A program made the translations under genes and the position numbers. A model generated the notes under the pieces. It did not search any database. It was given only the letters and a program-made list of their open reading frames with translations, and had not been told where the DNA came from. From assembly GCA_002269645.1 (NCBI GenBank), contig NIVC01000311.1:13202-77201 (forward strand): a stretch of 64,000 nucleotides of DNA. The letters are read 5' to 3'. This DNA comes from Macrostomum lignano. Taxonomy: Eukaryota. Positions 49,445 through 58,636 of this stretch are shown one piece after another (positions within the stretch are counted from its first letter, which is position 1; every line of letters starts with the position of its first letter).

Positions 49445-50854
49445 TGGGATCGCCAGTTTCTGAAAGGAGAGAATGATTTGTTAAAGGTATGAATTGCTTG
49501 CCGTCACAAGTTTAGAGAGTTGATTTTGGATAAGTTTTTCTGCCTTTCAACAGGACAATTGGTCAGAGTGAAACTGACTGAATATTTTCAATTTTTCCTG
49601 CTAACTCATTTTAAAGACGCAATTAACTATCAGTTATTATAACTAAAATTTTGTGCCCAACACCCCCTCTACCCTAACACCATTCTGCCCCAACGCCACC
49701 TCTGCCCCAACGCTCCCTCTGATCTAACACCCCCTTTGCCCCTGCATCTCCACTGCCCCAACATTCGTTCGAACGATAATTAAGGTTTTGTTCAAATTTT
49801 CGATAGAACGTTTTGGTCTCAGTCACAGTATCGCGCAAGAGAGTGATCCTTATTTTAAGTCATGGCATTAGCAGACAACTTTAATTGCTTTTTCTAGAGA
49901 TATATGCGCCTACTTGTCAAAAATAACATATCAACTGTAATACCTCTTAACAAAGATACAGTAATATACTAAGTAGACACGTCACAACGCGTCAAATTTA
50001 AGCGAAACCGCGCAGACAAGAGTAAATCTACTTTTCCATTACTTTAATTGCGAGTGACATGTCTAGTTATCAGTATTCTATTATCTGTGCTACGAAACCA
50101 GCTGACAAAGGTGCAAATTAAAAATTCTAAGTTGTAAGTTATCACAGATTGACGTGCAATCAGTGAATTATTAGGCTAAGCACTGATGGAAATACGTATC
50201 TCGTAACTTACATAATGCAGACCTTCTTAGCGAGTCGAGTTCGCAAAATATACTGGCATAATTCGAGAAAGGTAGAATCTTGAAAGCAAGGGAATGCGCT
50301 TCGTTTTTTATGCTGAATATAATAAATAAACTATTGAATAGATAAGCATTCTGAGAGTCAAGCTCTAAAATCACTTGTAGCTACAGCTTTTTGCAGTGTG
50401 CACAGGAAGTACACTTCACGGATTGGCTGTCAATAGGGACAGAACTTACTAGTAACAAAACATCTGCACCTCTCACACTGAAGATGGCGCCATATCTAGC
50501 TAAACACATCGCAAGTAACTTTATCATTTGCTAACTGGACTGCAGCTATCTGCAGGTAAAAATCATCCATTTAGTTGGCTAAGTAAGAAGGGCTGTGGAC
50601 TAATGACGGCAACAAACTTATATAGCCTACACCTTTGGAATGTTATTTCTCTATGTCAATTAAACAAGCAACAAGTAGAGTTTTACTTCGCTGGCAATAT
50701 TTGTTTTAGTTACTGGGTCGGATTAATTCTGGAAAAGTGAATTTTCATCGCATCCGGAGTTGCCAAGCCTGAAGTGAGATGGATCGATAAAGAAGCACGG
50801 TTGCGATTGAGGAGACTTTTGGCCGAATGTTTTGATATAATCATAATAACGTAT

Positions 50855-51135
50855 TACACCTGCCCCAATTCGCAGATGTGCAACCGACAGCTCAGCCGCA
50901 GCTATTGCGCGGCGCATCTGAAGGCTGCGTACGGCTGTTCAGCCCAAGGACTGGGGGGTCGCCACACACACCCTCAATTACCCCAGCTAATGCTGGCACC
51001 CATTTTACAGCTGGGTGAACTGAAGCAATGCAGAGTTAAGTGACTTGCTCAAGGACACAAATTGTTCGAGTGGGATCGGGAATCAACCCCCCTCTCAGAC
51101 CTTCAAATCGTGAGTCAGAACCATTAGGTTACAAC
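50855..51135 (+). mobile_element. SINE/L2-tail-like interspersed repeat, copy 2
   Basis: Similar to 26396-26680; GAGTTAAGTGACTTGCTCAAGGACAC resembles the CORE-SINE/MIR motif. Confidence 0.6.
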
Positions 51136-51345
51136 CCCTAGACTGAACCTGAGAATAAGATTATCAACTAAACACCTGAGCCCAAATCGAGTTCAATCGA
51201 GTATTTATTTATTGATTATGTTAACACGAGTGAGAGAGCCAACGCCTATTGAATTACTGTTGCTACGCATACTTGTAGAAGTCACTATCCAACAGTTTTT
51301 TTCTACTTTGAGTTCGCCAATTTAACTTTCTCTCTGGGCGATAAC

Positions 51346-52287
51346 TCAGCAGTGGCTGCTGCGCTGGTGCTGATGCCGAGCCTGCCGACCATTTGGATGT
51401 CGCTTGGCACAGGCCGTCTTTCGAAAATCGGCCCTTTTTCGATGCTGATGCGGCCGCCCCGAAGGGCAAGGCGCAGCAGATGCCGCAGTGGCTGGAGTCG
51501 CCACTGCAGCCGCGGTGGCCGTCGCGTCGCCATCAGCTCGGTCCTTCGATCCTTGCCCGCTACTGCCATCGTCCGAGCAGCTGTCCGAGTCGGAATCATA
51601 GCTGCTGCTCTCGTCGTCGGTTTCCTCCTGATCTTCGAATCCGCAGCCGCTTCCATCATCATCCTCCTCATCCTCTTCATCGTCGGACTTGTAGACCAGC
51701 ATGCAGGAGCAGGACTGCATGAGGCGGTATAGCGGGCCTCGGGTCGCAAAGCCCCGACCTCCTCGAACTGCCATTGCGGCGTTGCCTCCACTGCTACGGC
51801 CAAGGCGTCTGGAGCTCGCCCGACCGACATGCCGGCGACTGCTGCTGCTGCTGCCGGCTCCCCCATCGCCGTCTCCAACATCCGTTTCATCCTGCTGCTG
51901 AACCAGTTCGTCCTCGACAACTTTCTTGCCACCGTAGTTGCTGTTGTTGTCGTACGCCTCCTCGTTAGCGGTGGCGGAGGCGGTGGCGGTTGCAGTGGCG
52001 GAGGCGGTCGTCGCTACCGTCGCCTCGTCTGGTCCGACGCGCCTGGAGTTGGCATTGTTCTCCAGCTCTTCGCTGCCCTGCGGCACCGCTTTCCTCTGGC
52101 AGTCAAAGTCCTCGTAGTCGAATGCGCGACTGGCATTGAACACGGAGTCCATGCCCATGAACAGGATGTAGAATCCGTAGAAGCCGATCTGCAGAGCTCC
52201 AACCAAGTAGCAAGCTGTCAGCACAGCTGTATGAAATGGGTATTCAGCCTCGCTGGTCAGCGTTGCATTGGCGGCATTCAATGCCAT
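51346..52287 (-). CDS. Hypothetical single-pass membrane protein, 313 aa, with acidic and low-complexity tail
   Basis: Single long GC-rich ORF; short N-terminus with an N-x-T site (NATL), hydrophobic AVLTACYLVGALQIGFYGFYILFMGM, D/E/S-rich tract; duplicated at 41887-42258. No family recognised. Confidence 0.5.
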   Translation of the reverse strand: MALNAANATLTSEAEYPFHTAVLTACYLVGALQIGFYGFYILFMGMDSVFNASRAFDYEDFDCQRKAVPQGSEELENNANSRRVGPDEATVATTASATATATASATANEEAYDNNSNYGGKKVVEDELVQQQDETDVGDGDGGAGSSSSSRRHVGRASSRRLGRSSGGNAAMAVRGGRGFATRGPLYRLMQSCSCMLVYKSDDEEDEEDDDGSGCGFEDQEETDDESSSYDSDSDSCSDDGSSGQGSKDRADGDATATAAAVATPATAASAAPCPSGRPHQHRKRADFRKTACAKRHPNGRQARHQHQRSSHC

Positions 52288-53565
52288 GCATGTACAAGAA
52301 AATCGAATAGAAAAATCTCTGTGTGGGCCACTGGAGTTCGCGGTTGATCAGTGATTGATCAAGAAAGAAGAAGAGCGCCTTGATGATTCGACTTAACGGC
52401 CATAGACAATGAAAAATCGGACTTCTTGAACTTTAGGTACATCAAATATTTTTGAATCTCCATTTCTTTAACTTTTGCCAGAGACTGATTGGGAGCCTTA
52501 TACGAATAAAACTATGAAAAATTACCCTCGGTGTTCGCAAAACTTGTGCTTCCCCTCTGTTTTTACCGAGGACTGCAGCATACCCCAGTGGTAGGCTTTA
52601 AGAATCTCCCTATCCAAAACTCCTCCATTTCCTATGCCCGGGAACGGTTGGTTCTGGGCTACTTTTGAGTTGAAGCTAAACAGAAATGAATTTTAAATTT
52701 TAAATTAGCAACCTCTAAAAAACCTTTATAGAGACACAATTATGACCTGACGAGAATAATAGGGCCAAGCCCAAAGTGACATGTAGGAGTTGAAAGTGAA
52801 GTTCAGATTCCCGCGCGACAAATTTGAAAACCAAATTTTAAATGAAGTTTCAAATTATAAAAAAACTGCAGAGGATAAAAAGGATTTTACTTAATGACTC
52901 CATAAGACAGAGGCGTTTCCATGGATTTTATGGTGTCGGGGGAACAAAGCCAACAATTCCTACATTATTTGGGGAATCTGTGTTTTTTTGGCATTGGAAT
53001 ATCCCCCATAGTTTTTACTTGGGGAGACGTGCCCCCCCCCCCCACGGTGGCGAAGCCCTGTCAGAAGACAGAGACATGATGAAAACTCTAGCAAAATTAA
53101 GCAGACTTGACACAAGCTAGAATGCAACTGTCCCTGAGGCTTCACATTGGCACCAAAAAAATAAGATCGAATACTGCTTGTGTGCGAGATTTTATTTTAA
53201 CTCACGATTCGTCGAAAAAATAATTATATTCACTGGAACAATAAAGCATACGAATTATATGCCGAAATTGCAGTAGTAAACATATAACATTCTAATTAGT
53301 TGTGATAGGCAAAAGGCACAGGCAAAAGAAGTCAACAAATCGCAAAAGAACATTTTTTCATCAGCACGACGAGTCAATCTAGTTTGACGATTTGTTTGTT
53401 TTACTGTTTAGCTCATAGACTAAGGCGGACATCTACTTAATACATGCACTTAAAGCCAGTGCCTAAATGAGCCTGACGTAGAATTTCAGCATAAAAGTTC
53501 CAAATCAAGCCAGGTTTACAGACCAATCATTCAAGCCATAGTACAAAGAATAGCTGCAATCAAGC

Positions 53566-54968
53566 ATGCCTTCATTCATCAACCGACTTCGAGTGCTCTG
53601 GGCATTGACGCTGTTGGTATTTCTCGCCGGTAAGCGTATATATCTGACTACTGACTTTTCAGGGCTTCTAGACTAGAGCCCCAGTCGAAGCCAAAGGTTT
53701 CTAGCTTCTGGACTTTTTGAAGCAGCAATGCGAGTAGCAACTTTGACGCATTCAATCTCTTTAACTCGCACTACTGTACTCGTATTGTAAACCAGGGCAA
53801 GCAGACAGTCGCCTCCATCTAAAGCCAATGCACTGCCACAAGGTGGAAATGCACGGAATGTCCCATTGGACTTTGCCCAACAAGGCCGACTGCGCCGTCG
53901 GCATCTTCAGCTGCTGGTACGTGAACGTCAGCAGGCCGGTCCCGAATTTCGCCCAGCCGGCGCAATCGACGGTGAGTCATGTCGATTTGCGCGATCACGA
54001 TGATCTAATTTATAGCATGTCAGCTGAAGGACCACTGTAATATAACTAACAGGACTTGAAACTCAAGGATCGTCTAATTTTTAGAGACTAATTTCCTGAA
54101 CAAATACCAAAATAATTGCATTTGGTCTGGGGCAGCGAAGATTACCAATCTTTAAAATTAGCATGCGAAGCATGTTATTTTGTTGTAATTTATAGAGTTG
54201 TGCAGTCAAAGTTTCATCTTCATATCGTTTTTTTATTTTATGAAAAAAACTAGTGAATACTTACGGCTTTGCGCTTCTGAAATAAAAAAAACAATATGAA
54301 AGAGAAACTGTCACGTCACAACTCTATAAAATACCAAAAAGTAAAGCTGCTGTGCATGTTAAATAAAAATGATAATATTCAATGTGCCAGTTCAAATGAA
54401 ATCATGATTTTGTGATGAAAAATTTTTTCCTATCTCCGCAGTGCATTTTCCAAGAAATTGGCCGCAAAAAATCACACAAGATCTTTTGAGTTTTGCGTCC
54501 TGTTCTGTACTACAGTGGGCCTTGTGTCAGATATGTTACTTTTACGGTAAAGCTTTGTCGTAAGAAGACACAGTGTTCAATGCAGCAATGAACAACCTCT
54601 GACAGTATTTTAAAGGCGACTGCGGCACTTGTCCCGCCAACAAGAAGTCCTGCGTCACCTGCTCAGAGCCATATTGCAACTTCAAAAAGACAAAGTCGCC
54701 CAGGGTTCTGTACCACACGGACTTGATGAACCAGCTGTCGTACGTGTGGGTCCGCCGCCTCACCCCGTTCGAGTATAGGCTGCGCAGGTCGCGGGAGGCG
54801 AAGGGGAGCTCAGCGGACGACTTCCCCCGTCGGCCCAAGGTTCGCGTCACGGTTTCGTCGGATTTTTCGAGCAAAGAAAGCCGCTCGATTGCCGGGCTGG
54901 GAGCTGCCTGCCAGCTGCTGCCACTGCTGCTGCTGCTGGCTGACCGAGTTGCTTGCACTTTGGTTTGA
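53566..54968 (+). CDS. Ly6/uPAR (three-finger)-like GPI-anchored protein, about 200 aa; exons 53566-53629, 53796(or 53805)-53971, 54606-54968
   Basis: Exon 1 encodes signal peptide MPSFINRLRVLWALTLLVFLA with G|GTAAGC donor. Exon 2 has HC..DC..SCW and ACG|GTGAGT donor. Exon 3 (CAG|TAT) encodes YFKGDCGTCPANKKSCVTCSEPYCN and a hydrophobic C-terminus (SIAGLGAACQLLPLLLLLADRVACTLV). Phases 1 and 0 are consistent; 603 nt in total. Confidence 0.78.
54025..54527. mobile_element. Possible foldback MITE in intron 2 of the Ly6-like gene
   Basis: Terminal inverted match AAGGACCACTGTAATA / TACTACAGTGGGCCTT; internal inverted match TTATAGAGTTGTG / CACAACTCTATAA. No clear TSD. Confidence 0.45.
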
Positions 54969-55617
54969 GATTGTTCTCAGCAGCAATTATTTTCAGTTTT
55001 CTTCATCACTACTTATAGTAGAGTTGCTGCTAAGCTATTGGCCCCGCATATTGATCTGCTGTAATTAGGGCTTCGCTGGATTGTATAGAGACTGATTTTC
55101 TTTTTCAAAGCCTAAATTTAATAAAAAATGTTAGCACCTATGTTTTGTCGGCTGAGCTGAGTTCTCAAAAGAGACGCTGAAATAGTTTTAGCGATATTTA
55201 CAGGTGTCGATAATTTGCAGGTGCATATTAAGCTAGTAAAACACAAACGAATTTACTACACAAGGACGTGTGTACTTTTTATTATATATTATATTTTTTA
55301 TAATTCGTCATAAGCAGTAGATGGCAGGTGTTCGTGCAAAATATATACTCGTATACGGTTTCTCAACCAAACTCTGTCCCGCATGCTCAGCATGGATCTC
55401 TTCTCTCGGAAACTTGTTCAAGTTATGAGTAGCAGAACCAGCCAAGTCACGATTGTCACAATTCAACGAGATTTTGTATTGAATATTAACAGCCGAACTT
55501 TTTCCCAGTCGTGTAAAATTCTAAAGAGGGGCCAATAAGTCCGAGCCAGAATAAATAAAGATTCGCTAGTAAACTCTTGAACTAGCTCGTATGAGTGAAG
55601 TACCGCTACTTGGAGCC

Positions 55618-58137
55618 ATGGCCTCGATGCCCCGGATTCGCGAGGTCCGAGCCTACGTCAGGGACCAGCTGAAGGCTGCTGTCACGAACAGCGGGGACCG
55701 TCAGGGCGCCGACTGCCACGATGTGGACGACAGGCAAAGCTGAAATTTAACTGTGCTCTGTTGGTCTTTGTCTAAAATCCATTTAAAAATAGGCATTTGA
55801 CCTGACGTTTATTTTCTATATTTAAAAAAATTAAATAATGTAGCTAGACATTCTGAGCTTATTCTGGGTTTCTGCAAGCATGACGATGGCATTTAGCTCG
55901 CTCTTAGCTGGACAACAAATTCATGACTCATGCGCGCTGATGCAATTGAATTCCAAGTGATGTCCTGTTCAGGGCCTTGCCATGCGAAAGCAGTTAGATA
56001 AGAACCTGTGTACAATGTCCCGGGGACTGGATGTTCTACTTAGATCTTCCTTTCCAACATCACCTTCTGGTGCGTTATTTTTTTCTGAAGCGTTTCTGCA
56101 TGGTGCCGCAGGTTTTGGCGGGTCCACATCTTTCAAGCGCGTCCTCCAATCAAAACTAAGGTCCTCCAATCGAAAATCAGATGGAGAACCGCAATGTCTG
56201 GGTGAACTGAATTACTGTAGCGTTTATAATTTCTGATTAATATGGCATGGCATGTCTACACTTAGTAAATCATCTGTCCAGGCACTGGATTAACGGCTAC
56301 CCGACTCCCATCGCTAATCCCATGAGCTGCTATTCTCAGTACCGCGCCACCCGCAAGTCATGGGGCATCAACGCTTTGGGCAGCATGATTGTGGAGGTCG
56401 AAGCGGAGGACGGCACCACCGGAGTTGGAGTCACAATCGCCGGGGAGCCAGGTGAGAGACATCGATCAGCTACAGGTATCTATATGTACAGTTGTCTACG
56501 TCATCAATTTGCCGTTCCGTTACTCACCGCAGGCTGTTACATCGTTGAAAACCACCTAAGCCGCTTCATCGAGGGCGAAGACCCGCGCAACATCGAGAAG
56601 ATGTGGGACTGCATGTACCGCGCCACAGTCAATTACGGCCGCAAGGGCCTCACTCTGCAAGCAATTAGCGCCGTGGACCTGGCGCTGTGGGACCTGCTGG
56701 GACGACTGCGAGGCGAACCAGTTTATAATCTACTTGGCGGTCTCTGTCGCGACCGCCTGCCCGTGTACTGCACCACAGCTCGACCGGACATTGCTCTGAA
56801 GTTGGGTTTTGCCGGCGCCAAGGTGCCGTGCCCGCACGGTCCGGCAGAAGGCGACGCTGGCCTGCGCCGTAACGTGGCCTACTTCGCCGATTGGCGCCGC
56901 AAGGTGGGACCGGACTTCCCGCTCATGCTGGACTGCTACATGGCGCTCAGCGTGCCCTACAGCCTGCGCCTGGCCAAGGCTCTCGAGCCGCACGGCTTGC
57001 GATGGCTGGAAGAGCCGCTGCATCCGGATGACTATCCCGGATATCGCCGGTTGGCTGACTCCTTGATGGCCAGCGGGTCGACCGTCCAGCTGACCTGCGG
57101 TGAGCACGAGTACTCGCGCTACGGATTTCGAGATCTAATCGATGGCGGCGTGACCGTCCTGCAGCCGGACATCACCTGGCTTGGCGGCATTACCGAGGCG
57201 CGTCGGGTGGTCGCCATGGCAGCTGCTCGGGATGCCGTAGTTGTTCCACATGGATCCAGCGTGTACAGCTACCATCTGCAGGTTGGCTTAAGCTTGCTTA
57301 GATACCAAATTGACAACTGCTAGCTTTCAGTTGATTTAATTAAAGAGTACTTCAAGTTCGCTTTGTTCTGTTTCCGCTTCTACTCATAGTCCATAAAGTA
57401 AAAATTAAATTTTGTTTTATACTCAATATTCTACTCAATACTCAATTTATATAAACTAACCGATTAAACTAAAAAAACTTCGAATTACGAGCGAATGCCC
57501 TTAAAGGCTTGCTTACACCAACATCAAAGTAGGCAAAAGGGAACGCAAACTTTGAGCACCAGAATGGGTCCCGAAGTGAATCTCCGGATCAGGCCGACCG
57601 CAAACTGCATGCAGAACTTGTCCGGTCAGTCGAATAGAAACGCCTAGACATCGCATTCAGGTCTTTGCCTTGAGCTCCCGGGTGATAAGGGGAATAAAAT
57701 GAGGATTAAATTTCAAATTAAGACACCGTAAAAGAACCTTGTCAACCTGAATCTTACACAAAGAGCCCCGGGGAGACCTTTGTATGCTAATCGTGTGGGA
57801 GTTTGGTCGGTTCAATAGCGACTTGGGTGGCTGTAGTGTGTCAGTTGACCTTTCGTCCTACCAAATCTCGCAGATGGCTTTTCCCAACTGTCCGCTTGGC
57901 GAGTTCATCAACCTGAGCCCGGAGGCGGACACCGTGAGCCCGTACTTCGGCAACTTGTTCCTGGATGAGCCGCTACCTGAGCGAGGCTTCGTACGACTGG
58001 CCGCCGACAGGCCTGGCTTCGGGGTGACGCTGAACCGCGAAGATTTGAGACGACCCTGCGAAGGTCGCGTCGTTGATTCAAAGCATCAAAGAGTGCCAAA
58101 CAAGATGGACGAAGAGCTGCCTGTGGTGCCGTTTTAA
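55618..58137 (+). CDS. rhmD: L-rhamnonate dehydratase-like enolase-superfamily enzyme; exons 55618-55733, 56282-56451, 56533-57281, 57874-58137 (intron 1 GC-AG; alternative ATG 55591)
   Basis: GADCHDVDDRHWING..IANPMS.Y..YRATRKSWGINALGSMIVEVEAEDGTTG; AISAVDLALWDLLG; LPVYCT; metal ligands in LMLDCYM, WLEEPL, TCGEHEY; catalytic VVPHGSSVYSYH; PGFGVTLN. Confidence 0.93.
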
Positions 58138-58636
58138 ATATTTCTATATCCATTTGGTTGTTGTACCAAAGAGAACTTACACGAACAGCTACCCTTGCAT
58201 CATCGAGGCTATCTGCACACTGTTTTGTGAATAATTTAATTGCGACTGTCTGGATCTGCTTTAACTTCACATTTATCCAACAGCTTTGCTTTAGAACGCA
58301 GCAACTTCAAAAAGCTTTTTTGATTAAACGCTAACAGAAAAATTTACAAGCAAACATATGTATTCAGTAGAAAAATTTAACGCAACTTTGAAATTATACG
58401 CTCGTACGAGCTAATTTTTTAAGGTAAAGCACATTCAAAACAAGCTCGTATATAATAGTCAAGGAAGTTCAACCATCTAATTGTTTTGGATCCGAGAGGA
58501 AGCAGAGAGTTGTGAAGGTCATAATTCGGTGTTTATGCGAGCTATAATCAACAAGCTTTGCGAGAATTGCCCCATTGGAAACCAAAGTATCGGATGCCTT
58601 ATGAAAAACTGCCGATCTCAGAAATTCTTTTGAGGT

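Larger units (their letters stand above)
32200..52443. other. Tandem segmental duplication: unit 1 about 32200-42420, unit 2 about 42420-52443; each = SID-1-like gene + upstream region + orphan TM gene
   Basis: Colinear paired segments: 32440-32600/42520-42680, 32690-33300/44300-44890, SID genes, 37330-37900/49750-50370, 41860-41890/50470-50500 and 41915-42410/51945-52443. Confidence 0.85.

Noticed and set aside
51829-52347. 172-aa plus-strand ORF (and the matching end of 41263-42318)
   Set aside because: Antisense to the orphan TM ORF and to the RTE fragment; typical GC-rich shadow frame.
54542-54958. 138-aa minus-strand ORF
   Set aside because: Antisense to the Ly6-like exon 3, which has splice signals and the Cys motif; no homology or splice support on minus.
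56452-56532. Read-through of an 81-nt segment in the dehydratase ORF
   Set aside because: Has GT-AG ends, and removal restores GEPGCYIVE homology, so it is an ordinary short intron whose length happens to be a multiple of 3.
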